61,377 bases of DNA, from positions 1 through 61,377 of the forward strand of contig PEAD01000018.1 in assembly GCA_002753335.1 (NCBI GenBank), written 5' to 3'. The notes beneath the pieces are model-generated. The model worked only from the letters and a program-made list of their open reading frames with translations. It was not told where the DNA came from and searched no databases. How positions within the stretch are numbered: position 1 is the stretch's first letter; each line of letters begins with the position of its first letter. This document shows positions 29,312 through 39,738 of this stretch, in pieces. The translations under genes were made by a program, and so were the position numbers. This DNA is from Nitrospirae bacterium MYbin3. GTDB taxonomy: Bacteria; Nitrospirota; Thermodesulfovibrionia; Thermodesulfovibrionales; Dissulfurispiraceae.

Positions 29312-30534
29312 AGCGCCCCGAACTGCTTGCGCCTGCCGGTGATTTTGAAAAACTTAAGACAGCCATACATTACGGCGCAGATGCGGTCTATATGGGGGAT
29401 TCTAAGTTTAGTCTCAGGGGCAAGGCCGGAAATTTCTGCGGCACTGAATTGAAAAATGCTGTGGATTATGCCCGTGCAAAGGGTGTGAAGGCATATGTTA
29501 CGGTCAATATCTTTCCTCACAATATCGATCTGCCGGCGATAGCTGAGCAAATAAGCCTGCTTAAAACAGCCAAGCCTGATGGTGTTATAGTTTCTGATCC
29601 GGGTGTGTTTTCTATGTTCAGGGAAAATGCGCAGGAGATTCCTGCGCACGTCAGCACTCAGGCTAATATTACGAATGCTGCATCAGCTCGCTTTTGGGAA
29701 GGGCTTGGTGCTAAAAGGCTGATATTAGCGAGGGAGCTGTCTTTAGATGAGATAAGACAGATACGCGATAGTGTTTCGGTTGAGCTTGAGGTTTTTGTTC
29801 ATGGCTCTATGTGCATCTCATATGCAGGAAGATGTTACATCAGCAGTTTTCTGAATTCGCGCAGTGCAAACAGGGGCGAATGCACCAACTCATGCCGATG
29901 GAGTTATACGCTTATGGAGGAAAAGAGGCCTGGTGAACATTTCCCTGTTTTTGAAGATGAGAGAGGGACTTATATAATGAGCTCCAAGGACCTGTGCATG
30001 ATAAACCACCTGCCTTTGCTTGTTGATGCCGGTATAGACAGCTTTAAGATAGAGGGCAGAATGAAGGGGATAAATTATGTCGCAGGTGTTGTTAAGACTT
30101 ATCGTGAAGCCATAGATTCTATGCAGTTAGGCATGTCTGATGCAGATAAGGAGCGTTGGGGCAGGGAGCTCTCGATGTTCAGCAGCAGAGGATACACAAC
30201 AGGCATGTTTTTTGGGAGACAGCCTGATGCTGACTACAACTTTGACGGAGAGGGCTATCGCATGAGCCATGAGCTTGTTGGGGTTGTTGTTGAGGTTAAA
30301 GATGGAATTGCAAAAATAGGGCTGCGGAACAGGCTTGACGCAGGCGATGACGTTGAGTTTCTTTCTTCTGGCATAGAGAATACTGTATTTAAAGTTGAGG
30401 GAATGAAGGATTCTGAAGGGGCCGAGACTATATCTGCAAGAAATGAAGGTGTGGTTTTTATTTCTGTGCCTGCTGGGGTAAGGGCCAACGACCTGATACG
30501 CAGGGCTAAGTCTGCAGCTTCTTTCTTAGCGTAA
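29308..30534 (+). CDS. Peptidase U32 family protein (TrhP/YegQ-like)
   Basis: [40 protein letters not shown]. Confidence 0.9.
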   Translation: MKRPELLAPAGDFEKLKTAIHYGADAVYMGDSKFSLRGKAGNFCGTELKNAVDYARAKGVKAYVTVNIFPHNIDLPAIAEQISLLKTAKPDGVIVSDPGVFSMFRENAQEIPAHVSTQANITNAASARFWEGLGAKRLILARELSLDEIRQIRDSVSVELEVFVHGSMCISYAGRCYISSFLNSRSANRGECTNSCRWSYTLMEEKRPGEHFPVFEDERGTYIMSSKDLCMINHLPLLVDAGIDSFKIEGRMKGINYVAGVVKTYREAIDSMQLGMSDADKERWGRELSMFSSRGYTTGMFFGRQPDADYNFDGEGYRMSHELVGVVVEVKDGIAKIGLRNRLDAGDDVEFLSSGIENTVFKVEGMKDSEGAETISARNEGVVFISVPAGVRANDLIRRAKSAASFLA

Positions 30535-31864
30535 GCCGGTTTATTCCGAGTAGCCTAGCGGCTTCTGACTGGTTTTCATGTGTGTGGGTGAGGATATATT
30601 GAAGTGCTGCTTGGTCTATTTCCCTAACTAATCCGTCATAAATATTCTTTTCTTTTTTTTCAAGGGCATTTTTTATATAGGGAACTACCGCCGACGCTAT
30701 TGTTTCTGAGTGTGCTTGTTCTTGATACGGATGTGCATCAAGGCCTTTCAGATCGAATGTTGTTAGATAGTGCGATTTTGAGAGTGCTATGGCCGAACGA
30801 AGGGTGTTTTCGAGCTCTCTTATATTGCCCGGCCAGTCATAGGAGGTAAGTTTTTTTAGAAAAGCTTTGCTTATCCCTTTTATCTGCCTTTGGGCAGTAT
30901 GTCTGTAGCGGTCTAAAAAGAAGTGTATCAAAGGCATAAGGTCTTTTTTTCTTTCTTTTAAAGGAGGAATATCGATAGTGGTAACCCTGATTCTATGATA
31001 GAGGTCCTCTCTGAATTTGCCCTCTCTCACCATTGATGATAGATTCCGATTTGTGGCAGATATTACTCTTACATCAACCTGCACCTCCTTAGTGCTTCCT
31101 ATTGGATAGAAGGTTTGTGTTTGTAAAAAACGGAGCAGCTTTCCTTGCAGCGAAAGCGGGAGTTCACCCACCTCGTCAAAGAATACGCATCCGCCGTCAG
31201 CTATCTTAAGCATGCCTTCCTTTGCTGCTGCCGCGCCGGTAAAGGAGCCTTTCTCGAAGCCGAAAAGTTCAGATTCAAGAAGTGTTTCGGGCACAGCCGC
31301 GCAGTTTATGACCACAAAAGGTTTTCCAAATCGCGATGATAGCTGGGCTATTGCTTCGGCTATAAGCTCTTTTCCTGTGCCTGTCCCGCCCGTAACAAGG
31401 ACAGGCACTTCGACCTGCGACAGGCGTGCCAGTTTTTTGCAGACATCCATTATGATAGGAGAGTTTCCGACTATCGCACAGGTCGGTGCAGGAAAGGGAT
31501 TTGTCATATCCAAGGTTTCTTTCATCTCGTGTCCGAATGAAATGAGCTCATCCAAAAGTTTTAGTAGGGCGTCTTTTTTCAGTGGTCTGTGAATTACCTC
31601 ATATGCCCCATAGGAAGCCGCTTCCATTACAGGTTCTGTGTATCTCTGTTTGGTTACAGCAACCAAAATGTTGTTGTCGCTAATAGATTTAATTCCTCCG
31701 CTTTTCATAGAATCAAGATCAAAGAGAACTATCGACATTGCAGGCGCTTTTGTCGCCTCTGCAATCTTGAATCCTTTGGGCAGCAGCTCACGAAGCTCTT
31801 TCTTCAGGGACGGATCCTTAGAGTATAGCAGTATCTTTTCGGTCATTGCATAAATATTATACAT
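30506..31864 (-). CDS. Sigma54-dependent transcriptional activator with degenerate receiver domain
   Basis: GGTGTGKE Walker A, ESELFG, GSFTGA loop, WPGNIREL, Fis HTH; likely start 31846. Confidence 0.92.
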   Translation of the reverse strand: MYNIYAMTEKILLYSKDPSLKKELRELLPKGFKIAEATKAPAMSIVLFDLDSMKSGGIKSISDNNILVAVTKQRYTEPVMEAASYGAYEVIHRPLKKDALLKLLDELISFGHEMKETLDMTNPFPAPTCAIVGNSPIIMDVCKKLARLSQVEVPVLVTGGTGTGKELIAEAIAQLSSRFGKPFVVINCAAVPETLLESELFGFEKGSFTGAAAAKEGMLKIADGGCVFFDEVGELPLSLQGKLLRFLQTQTFYPIGSTKEVQVDVRVISATNRNLSSMVREGKFREDLYHRIRVTTIDIPPLKERKKDLMPLIHFFLDRYRHTAQRQIKGISKAFLKKLTSYDWPGNIRELENTLRSAIALSKSHYLTTFDLKGLDAHPYQEQAHSETIASAVVPYIKNALEKKEKNIYDGLVREIDQAALQYILTHTHENQSEAARLLGINRLTLRKKLQT

Positions 31865-31924
31865 ATTGACTAAATAATAATCAATAACCCTGCTGTTTTA
31901 GGTGTGTTTATGCCGTTTTAGGGC

Positions 31925-31940
31925 TGGCATGCATCTTGAT
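31925..31940 (+). promoter_or_regulatory. Putative sigma54 promoter, divergent from the activator
   Basis: TGGCATGCATCTTGAT (-24 consensus, GA at -12). Confidence 0.5.
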
Positions 31941-31982
31941 ATACACAAGATAGACCGCGCAAAAAATTAAGGAGAAACTAAA

Positions 31983-32306
31983 ATGGACGATGGAATAAAA
32001 ATTTACGGAATGTGCCTTGGCAGGCTTAAACACCAGATAAATATAGCAAAGGCAAAAGAGAACCACCCAAGCCCCGAGAATATTTTGCTGGAGTCCTACA
32101 ATACTGGAGATATGGAAGATATTATAGACATACTCGAACTGTATGATATAGAGGAAAGAAATTTTGATGGCCTAAGCACCAAGCTTGACGAACTTTCTTT
32201 TACCGTTTCTACTCTGCTATGTGAAAGGCTTTTTTTCGACTACACCGCACAGGGCGAACTCGGACTGCACCTTGATCTAAGCCTGAAACCGGTTGTCAGT
32301 ACATAG
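31983..32306 (+). CDS. Hypothetical protein
   Basis: AAGGAG RBS; 107 aa acidic ORF. Confidence 0.65.
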   Translation: MDDGIKIYGMCLGRLKHQINIAKAKENHPSPENILLESYNTGDMEDIIDILELYDIEERNFDGLSTKLDELSFTVSTLLCERLFFDYTAQGELGLHLDLSLKPVVST

Positions 32307-32374
32307 CGTATTACCCTGCTTAATTTAGTCAGCTGACTGAAAAAAAAGCCTCGAATCCTGTAACATATTCCGGT

Positions 32375-33268
32375 ATGAAGGTCAGCGGATTATTGTTTTT
32401 GGAAATAATTTTTTGTGTCGGGTTGCTGATAGCTCAATCCAAGACTGTTTCGGCAGAGGCTAAAGTCTTATACGAAGGCGACTCCATATACAACCATATC
32501 CGGATAGATCAAGACGGGGAAGAGCGGTGTATGCTTTTCGGCCGGTATAAGGATAAACGGCAGACCTGCATAAACATGTCTAATCCTGATGTTTCTATAT
32601 TCGAATACACAGGGATGATGTTTGTCGGTTTTCTTTTTCATCCCGACTCAAGGGATGTTGCACTTATAGGCCTTGGCGGAGGGTATGTCCCTTCTGTATT
32701 CAGCAGAAATCTTCCCTCGGTGAGGATAGATTCTATAGAGGTGGATCCACTTGTTTATAAGCTTGCGCAGAAATATTTTTCGCTGAAGGCCACCCCAATG
32801 CAGACTTTTACTGTGCTTGACGGGCGGCAGTACCTTAAGAAGACAGAAAGGAAATATGATCAAATCTGGGTGGATGCGTTTAATACTGATTACATTCCGG
32901 TGCACCTGACCACGAAGGAGTTTCTGCAGCTTGCAAAATCTAGGCTGACAAAAAACGGGATTGTGGTTCAGAACGTGCATAATGCAAACAAGCTATTTGA
33001 TGCTCAGGTTGCAACCTTTAGGGCTATATTTTCGAATGTTTTTGTTTTTAACGGGAAGAAGAGCAGAAACGCTATAATCGTGGCTTCGGATAATCCTCTT
33101 TATAAGCCGTCTAACTTTAAGCAGTCTCTAAAGAACAGGGTGAAGATAGGGGAAATAAATCTTAAAGACGAAGCATATAAGTACGATCCAACTCTTAAGA
33201 TAGCTAAAACCAGCGTGCTGACTGATGACTATAACCCGGCAAATTTTTTGCTCCATCAGGATCATTGA
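32375..33268 (+). CDS. Spermidine synthase-like SAM-binding protein
   Basis: IGLGGG, IEVDP, DGRQYL, YDQIWVDAF, LTDDYNP; N-terminal signal or TM segment. Confidence 0.85.
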   Translation: MKVSGLLFLEIIFCVGLLIAQSKTVSAEAKVLYEGDSIYNHIRIDQDGEERCMLFGRYKDKRQTCINMSNPDVSIFEYTGMMFVGFLFHPDSRDVALIGLGGGYVPSVFSRNLPSVRIDSIEVDPLVYKLAQKYFSLKATPMQTFTVLDGRQYLKKTERKYDQIWVDAFNTDYIPVHLTTKEFLQLAKSRLTKNGIVVQNVHNANKLFDAQVATFRAIFSNVFVFNGKKSRNAIIVASDNPLYKPSNFKQSLKNRVKIGEINLKDEAYKYDPTLKIAKTSVLTDDYNPANFLLHQDH

Positions 33269-33296
33269 TGCCGGAATAAAGTTCAGGAGATACATA

Positions 33297-33908
33297 ATGA
33301 TACGTCTATATACCGTTCTTATAGTTCTGCTTCTGGTCTTTGGCGCAGCGATCATGAGCCTAGAGATTTTATCGTCAAACCTGATGTCGCCCTATTTTGG
33401 AGGATCCGTCTATATATGGGGCAGCATAATCAGTTCTTTTATGATCCATCTTTCGATAGGGTATGTGCTGGGCGGCTATCTATGCAAGAGGCTGGCTAAA
33501 CTGTACCCATTGATGGCTCTGCTTGCAATAGCCTCTTTGTGGGTGATGGGAATACCGAATATTCATCCTGCTGTTGGAGAGTTTCTATCAGACAAGATTA
33601 TGGATGTACGCTACGGCTCCCTTGCTGCGATGAACGTTATATTTTTTATCCCTATAACGATTATGGCTATGGTCTCCCCTTATGTCATAGGCATTCTTTC
33701 TATTCATAAGAAGGCATCTGGATTGAGTGCCGGAGTGGTATTGTTTATTTCTACCCTCGGCTCTTTTTTAGGAACAAACGCAACAGCGTTTTATATGATA
33801 AATATTTTTTCTGTCTCAACGATCGTAAGAGGCATCGGTGCGTGCTGTTTTGCGGCCTCGGTTATACCTTTGTTTATGAGGATCGACAGGAAGCTCAAGA
33901 ATGTCTGA
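33297..33908 (+). CDS. Membrane domain of the fused MFS/spermidine synthase family, as a separate gene
   Basis: GAAIMSLEI...PYFGGSVYIWGSII, STLGSFLG; AGGAG RBS before ATG 33297. Confidence 0.8.
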   Translation: MIRLYTVLIVLLLVFGAAIMSLEILSSNLMSPYFGGSVYIWGSIISSFMIHLSIGYVLGGYLCKRLAKLYPLMALLAIASLWVMGIPNIHPAVGEFLSDKIMDVRYGSLAAMNVIFFIPITIMAMVSPYVIGILSIHKKASGLSAGVVLFISTLGSFLGTNATAFYMINIFSVSTIVRGIGACCFAASVIPLFMRIDRKLKNV

Positions 33909-33951
33909 TTCTTTTTGACGCCTTTTAAATCCCCGTGTTAAATTAATAGCT

Positions 33952-34848
33952 ATGGATCCGGTAACGCACGCGCTTTCAGGGGCGGTTATATACCAACTTG
34001 GCTTTAAGCGCAGGCTTGCTTTGCTTGTCCTGGTTTTGTCTGCGGTTATTCCTGATATTGATTATGTCACAAGGGCTTTGGGTCTTGAGGCTTTTTTGAA
34101 ATATCACAGGGGCATAACCCACGGCGTGCTTGCCCTTGTTTTGTATCCCATTTTTGTAGGTTTATTTTTTCGTAATAAGGGCGGTTTTTTATATTTCTAT
34201 GCGCTCGGATTTCTGGGCTACGGCAGCCATTTGCTTTTCGATCTTTCGAACCAATACGGAACAATGATACTGTCTCCGCTTGACTGGAACAGGTATTCTG
34301 CAGACCTTATGTTCATAATAGACCCTTATGTAACCTTAGGTTTTCTGTTTGCGGTAATACTATGCAGGCATAATAAAAAGAGGGCGGTCTTTATAGCTGC
34401 CTGCACCGTCATACTTCTGTGCTGGTATGCCGGAGGCAGGTACTACATGCAGGGGCAGGCCAAACAGTTCCTGAAATCCAAAATTGATGCCAATATTTAC
34501 AGGGTTTATCCACTTCCTAACGGGGTGCTCAGGTGGTGGTTTACGGTAAGACATGGCGACGAGATAACCACAGGAAGCGTAGATCTTTTTATGAAGAAGA
34601 TTTTTGTCTATGAAAAATACAAGCTGAATGAAAATGATCCTGCAATAGCAGCATCAAAAAATGATCCCAATGTAAAGACCTTTCTTGAATTCGCGCATTC
34701 CCCCTATGCCGAGGTAATTAGGGATGAGCAGGGCTCGACGGTGAAGTGGAAAGATCTCTCTTATTCTTTCCTACCCGGAGAAAAGTTCACCACAACAGTT
34801 GTTTCTGACAGGAACGGCAAGATCGTAAAATCCTATTTCAGGTTCTGA
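33952..34848 (+). CDS. Membrane metal-dependent hydrolase (YdjM-like)
   Basis: MDPVTH, PDID, HRGITH, SHLLFD. Confidence 0.88.
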   Translation: MDPVTHALSGAVIYQLGFKRRLALLVLVLSAVIPDIDYVTRALGLEAFLKYHRGITHGVLALVLYPIFVGLFFRNKGGFLYFYALGFLGYGSHLLFDLSNQYGTMILSPLDWNRYSADLMFIIDPYVTLGFLFAVILCRHNKKRAVFIAACTVILLCWYAGGRYYMQGQAKQFLKSKIDANIYRVYPLPNGVLRWWFTVRHGDEITTGSVDLFMKKIFVYEKYKLNENDPAIAASKNDPNVKTFLEFAHSPYAEVIRDEQGSTVKWKDLSYSFLPGEKFTTTVVSDRNGKIVKSYFRF

Positions 34849-34850
34849 CC

Positions 34851-35486
34851 ATGCAGGTCTGCGAGATATTTTCAAGCATTCAAGGCGAGTCGTCTTTTGC
34901 AGGCATCCCCTTTGCTTTTGTTCGTCTTACCGGCTGCAATCTCCGCTGCATATATTGTGATACCAAGTATGCTTATGAAGAGGGCATTGATATGACGGAG
35001 GATAAGATTATTTATGCGGTGAATTCGTTTGGCTTGCGTCATGTTGAAATTACAGGGGGAGAACCTTTGCTGCAGAGAGGAGTCTTTAGCCTTGCAAGCC
35101 GCTTTATTGATGAGGGCTTTACCGTGCTTATCGAAACAAACGGCAGTGTCAGCATTAGTGATATTGACAGGAGAGCCATTGTGATAATGGACATAAAGAC
35201 TCCTTCGAGCGGCATGTTCGCAAAGATGGAGCTGATGAATCTCGAATATCTGAAACCTAATGATGAGCTTAAGATTGTAATTGCTGACAGGCATGATTAT
35301 GAGTGGTCGAGAGGGTTTATAAAGGATTACGGATTGTACGGCCGATGCAGGGTGCTTTTTTCTCCTGCCTTCGGAGTATTGAACCCGGCTGATTTAGCTA
35401 AATGGATGGTATCGGATAAGCTGCCTGTTCGCTTCAATCTCCAGATTCACAAATATGTTTTTGGCCCTGACCAAAGGGCTGTCTAA
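34851..35486 (+). CDS. queE: 7-carboxy-7-deazaguanine synthase (radical SAM)
   Basis: EIFSSIQGE, RLTGCNLRCIYCDT, TGGEPL, ETNG, QIHK. Confidence 0.92.
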   Translation: MQVCEIFSSIQGESSFAGIPFAFVRLTGCNLRCIYCDTKYAYEEGIDMTEDKIIYAVNSFGLRHVEITGGEPLLQRGVFSLASRFIDEGFTVLIETNGSVSISDIDRRAIVIMDIKTPSSGMFAKMELMNLEYLKPNDELKIVIADRHDYEWSRGFIKDYGLYGRCRVLFSPAFGVLNPADLAKWMVSDKLPVRFNLQIHKYVFGPDQRAV

Positions 35487-36311
35487 ATGCGTTTCCCAAT
35501 CAATCTGTGTTTTTTTGTGCTGTGTTTTTTAGCCGCTTCATGCGCCGAACTTCCTAAAAAATATTTGACGCTTGACAGCAGGGAGATTGTTGGGTTCGAG
35601 ACCATATTTCAGAGGATTAAGGACAAGCGTGTAATATTCGTAGGTGAGGGGCATATAAGCGTTGAAGACCATCTTGTTCAGCTAGAAGTCATAAAACAGC
35701 TTCATGAAAGCGGTAAGAAAGTTGTTGTGGCTATGGAAATGTTCGGCGACAGGAAACATCATACGCTTTTAAAGTGGGCCAAGGGCGAGATAGGCGAAGC
35801 TGAGTTTGTGCGGGAGTATGCTGCTGAATGGAATGTGCCTTTTGACTATTACGTTGATGTTTTTTCGTATCTGTACGGCAAGGGAATAAGGATGGCCGGC
35901 ATCAATGCAGACAAGGGCTTTATAAACCATGCGGCCAAGAACGGACTGGACATGATAGGCAAGGAAATGAGGAGCAAACTGAAGCTCAACTCCTGCTCCG
36001 ACGATCCTCAGTACGAAAAACTCTTAAATGTATTCAATGAGAGAACCATGCATTCTGGCGAGCTCCCATATTTTTGCGATGCCCAACGCATAAGAGACTC
36101 TATTATGGCGCTTAATATAGTGAACCTGCTGAAATCTGATGATGTGTCGGTCGTGGTTATGCTTGGCTCAGCGCATGCCTCTAAGTATGCGGTCCCAAAA
36201 ATGCTGCTTCAGCACATCAATGTCAGCACTGCAGTTCTGTTGCCAGAAAGCTTCAGGCTGCTAGCAGGTCAGGATGTCGGTTTTGATATGACCGATTATA
36301 TCTGGTACTGA
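35487..36311 (+). CDS. ChaN-family lipoprotein
   Basis: Lipobox AASC; VIFVGEGH, AMEMF, AQRIRDSIMA, GSAH. Confidence 0.8.
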   Translation: MRFPINLCFFVLCFLAASCAELPKKYLTLDSREIVGFETIFQRIKDKRVIFVGEGHISVEDHLVQLEVIKQLHESGKKVVVAMEMFGDRKHHTLLKWAKGEIGEAEFVREYAAEWNVPFDYYVDVFSYLYGKGIRMAGINADKGFINHAAKNGLDMIGKEMRSKLKLNSCSDDPQYEKLLNVFNERTMHSGELPYFCDAQRIRDSIMALNIVNLLKSDDVSVVVMLGSAHASKYAVPKMLLQHINVSTAVLLPESFRLLAGQDVGFDMTDYIWY

Positions 36312-36332
36312 TCTTTTTGTCCTATCCGCAAT

Positions 36333-37034
36333 TCAATTGCAGCTGCAGAGAACGTAATCAGTAATTATTTGTGCCATTCTGTCGCTTTTGGTTCTATCAT
36401 TGTTGAAGAGCATATGGTAGAACTTGAGTTCTTTTGAATCACAATTCAGGAAGTCACGTACAAAGGACTCTCTCTGATGATGCTTTTTCTCTATGAACGC
36501 TTCGGTCTCTGCCACAGAAAGCGAAGTTTTTTTCGATATGTATTCTATTTTGAACTTGGTGGATGCGAACAGCCTGAAATGGAAGCAGTTGTCAAGAGAC
36601 TGCGTGACTATGGCCGATCCTCTACCGACCAGGATCACATTTCCGCCCAATGCCAATGCGAATATTTCTTTGCAAAGAAGTTTGTAGTAGTCGCGCTCTG
36701 TTTTCCAGTGAGATGAAAATGTTCCTACGACCTCTTCCACAACCCTCGATTTTTCTCCAAGTTTCCCCAGCACATTGTCGAGCAGTTTGTGATTTTTTGT
36801 GACTTCATCGAGCAGCGCTTTATCCATAATCGACCATGCCTCTTTTGTCTTTTCTTCAAGCAGTTCCTTGAGTTTTTCGGCAAGAGGATAACCTTCGCAG
36901 CCGAACTCTCGAGAGATGGTTATGGTTGGTTTTTTTCTCTCTTTTTCTTTCGACTCTTTTTTTGCTTTCTGGCATAGTTCGTCGAAATGAGCCAGTCTCC
37001 TCTCAATTGATGGTATAAGCTTTCTGTCATGCAT
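36333..37034 (-). CDS. Cytidylate kinase-like family protein
   Basis: ITISREFGCEG, VILVGRG. Confidence 0.82.
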   Translation of the reverse strand: MHDRKLIPSIERRLAHFDELCQKAKKESKEKERKKPTITISREFGCEGYPLAEKLKELLEEKTKEAWSIMDKALLDEVTKNHKLLDNVLGKLGEKSRVVEEVVGTFSSHWKTERDYYKLLCKEIFALALGGNVILVGRGSAIVTQSLDNCFHFRLFASTKFKIEYISKKTSLSVAETEAFIEKKHHQRESFVRDFLNCDSKELKFYHMLFNNDRTKSDRMAQIITDYVLCSCN

Positions 37035-37176
37035 ATAATACCTCCGATTTCAAATTATGAAATGTAATATTTTTTTCTGCAATTAAAAAGAATATCACTT
37101 AAAAAGACAATTGGCAAGATAAAATTTCTTATTCATTTATTTTTAAAATTTTATGTTCTAATTTGCGCTCTGCGCA

Positions 37177-37563
37177 TTATAAGTCTGACGACAGGCGTTT
37201 GGCAATAATTAACAACAATGTGGCTATAGAAATGGTTATAAAGGCTAAGGTAAATGCCAGCGATTTCCCATGCCATAAGCCTTCAAACCACCGCGTAAAC
37301 TTATCAGCAAACACATTCGCTTTTCCACCATACAGCTTTAGATCGTGTATATAAGCTTTAGAATCTTCGGGTTTGGCATGATAAACAAACCCATCTGCTG
37401 CTTGATAACTCTGAGCAGAGTCTGGGCTACTCAAATCTCCAAGATAAATTAAGGCAGAACTGCTTATCCCTGAAAGCAGAATCAAAACGCTTATTATCTG
37501 AAGGCGTGTTTTTAAATCTGTGCCATTCCATTTTAATTTATGCATTTTAAATGAGCAAAACAT
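37177..37563 (-). CDS. Hypothetical membrane protein (2 TM)
   Basis: Two hydrophobic helices around HDLKLYGGKANV...GLWHGKSLA; start uncertain. Confidence 0.6.
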   Translation of the reverse strand: MFCSFKMHKLKWNGTDLKTRLQIISVLILLSGISSSALIYLGDLSSPDSAQSYQAADGFVYHAKPEDSKAYIHDLKLYGGKANVFADKFTRWFEGLWHGKSLAFTLAFITISIATLLLIIAKRLSSDL

Positions 37564-37644
37564 ATAAAAAATATTATAACCGAATAAAGCCTTTCTGATA
37601 TACTTTTAAAAACAAAAATGCAGACAATGATTGGATTAGGATAA

Positions 37645-39738
37645 ATGCTTTCGATGCTGCCCGTAATCATTATCGGATTTTCTTCGCTTTTGATGCAGGT
37701 GGTGTGCGCAAGGGTTTTGCTCACGATATTTTCTGGCAATGAGCTTGTCATCTGCATTACGCTTGCTTCTTGGCTGCTTTCTGTCTGCGCTGGAAGTTTT
37801 TGCGGATTGAGGTTCAAAGCGCGGAACGCTTTCGTTTTTTCCTTTCTTGCAGTTGCATTGCTTTCACCATTGACGGTTTTTAGCATCCAGATCTATAGAC
37901 TTTTTGCGGCTTCTTCTGGGGGGGAGGTTGTTTCTCTGGTGAAGACAGCTGCATTTTCTTTTTGCGTGCTGTCCCCTCTTTGCTTTGTGTTTGGCATGCA
38001 GTTTCCACTCGCTTCAGAGCGGCTGAATAAGAAGGCGTCGGGTGTTTATTGGATAGAGGCCTGTGGTGCTTTTGCAGCCGGCATTTTGTTTGTTTTTGTT
38101 TTTTCTGTGAGGTTTGATTCATCTTTTACAGCGGCGTTCGTGGCAGTACTTAATATTCTTACATTTGCGGCGCTGTCTCGCAGAAAAATCTTTCTGATGT
38201 TTTTGATAATCCCTATTTTGTTTTATTTTGGAGAACAGAGGCTGTCTGCTTATTCCCTGCCGAATGGCATGACAGTTGTTGAACGCCTTGAATCCAAATA
38301 CGGAGAAATATCGGTCACTAAACTTGCAGGGCAGATGAACATATATGTTTCAGGAGGTTTTGCCTTTGCCTATCCTGACATGATAAATGAGGAGAGGTCT
38401 CACATTACGATGACGGCCCATGAGCTTCCTGCAAAGGTTCTTGTAATCGGCGGTTCTCCGGCCATTGTCAGGGAGCTTTTAAAATATCCGGTCGAGAATA
38501 TTGATTTTCTCGAACTTGACCCGATGCTCTTGGATTTATCAAAGAGAATACTTTCGCATGAAGACAGGTTGCTGCTTAGCGATAAGAGGGTCAGCTTTAT
38601 CGCACAGGACGGCAGGCGCTTTATAAAAACTGTCAAAGGCCAATATGACGTAATAGTGCTTAATATGCAGGAGCCGTCCACAGCCGCGATAAACAGGTTT
38701 TATACAACAGATTTTTTTATAGAGGCGAAGACCGCTTTGAATAACGGCGGAGTTCTTGCGCTTTCTCTTCCGTTGTCTCACGGCTATATCGGCAAGAGGG
38801 TGCAGATGGCTAACGGAGCAGTATATAGGTCTCTCGAGCATGTTTTCAGACATATCGAGGTTTCGTCAGAAGAGTACGGCATTATGTTGGCATCGGATTC
38901 GCCTGTAAATGTTGACCCACATTTTCTTGAACAGTACTTTAATGACAGAGGAATAAAAACAGTTCATTTCAGAGGAGTACTTTTTTATGATGCCTTCGAT
39001 AAAAGCAAGACCGAGGCTGTAAAAAATAGACTCAGCAGGGTGGATATTTTGAATACAGACCGCAGGCCAATTGCATATTTTTACAACCTTGTGCTCTGGA
39101 CCGATATTCATGGCGGAAAGGTGGTCGATTTTGCGAAAAGTGCAGGCGGATTTTTATTCATGGCAGCTTTGCTGGCTTTGTCGGTGGCTGCAGTACGGAT
39201 ATTTTTCAGAGAATATAGGCCTTTATACTTTTCGCTTTTTACGACAGGCTATGTGTCTATGGCTTTTTCGGTTGTTGTTATATTAGGGTTTCAGTCAGCT
39301 TTCGGTTTTGTGTATGAAAGAATCGGCCTTTTGAGCGCGGTGTTTATGGCGGGCCTTGGCGCCGGGGCTTTGTTTGGGGAAAGAAGGGGCTTCGGAATAA
39401 GTCAGCTCAAGTATGCAGAGATTTTATCAGGAATATTCTTTCTTGCTGCCGCATATATGCTGCGAAATGAACTGTCATTTTACCTACTCGCTTTCTTGTG
39501 CGGAATAATAGGAGGGATTCAGTTTGCTGCAGCCGCAGCATCTTTTGGCGAGAACTATGAGTATGCAAATGCGGGGAAACTTTATGCTGTCGACATTTCC
39601 GGAGCATTCGCAGGAGCTTTGGCAACAGCTCTTGTGACTGTACCTGTGTGTGGCATAGAAAATACGTTTTTTGTTCTCGCTTTTATGAAGATATTATCGT
39701 TGGCATTTCTCTTATCGGCAGGCCATGAAAAGGCTTAG
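37645..39738 (+). CDS. Polytopic membrane protein with central spermidine synthase-like domain
   Basis: N- and C-terminal TM bundles (GNEL, FGFVYERIG); VLVIGG, ELDP, DGRRF, YDVIVL. Confidence 0.82.
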   Translation: MLSMLPVIIIGFSSLLMQVVCARVLLTIFSGNELVICITLASWLLSVCAGSFCGLRFKARNAFVFSFLAVALLSPLTVFSIQIYRLFAASSGGEVVSLVKTAAFSFCVLSPLCFVFGMQFPLASERLNKKASGVYWIEACGAFAAGILFVFVFSVRFDSSFTAAFVAVLNILTFAALSRRKIFLMFLIIPILFYFGEQRLSAYSLPNGMTVVERLESKYGEISVTKLAGQMNIYVSGGFAFAYPDMINEERSHITMTAHELPAKVLVIGGSPAIVRELLKYPVENIDFLELDPMLLDLSKRILSHEDRLLLSDKRVSFIAQDGRRFIKTVKGQYDVIVLNMQEPSTAAINRFYTTDFFIEAKTALNNGGVLALSLPLSHGYIGKRVQMANGAVYRSLEHVFRHIEVSSEEYGIMLASDSPVNVDPHFLEQYFNDRGIKTVHFRGVLFYDAFDKSKTEAVKNRLSRVDILNTDRRPIAYFYNLVLWTDIHGGKVVDFAKSAGGFLFMAALLALSVAAVRIFFREYRPLYFSLFTTGYVSMAFSVVVILGFQSAFGFVYERIGLLSAVFMAGLGAGALFGERRGFGISQLKYAEILSGIFFLAAAYMLRNELSFYLLAFLCGIIGGIQFAAAAASFGENYEYANAGKLYAVDISGAFAGALATALVTVPVCGIENTFFVLAFMKILSLAFLLSAGHEKA

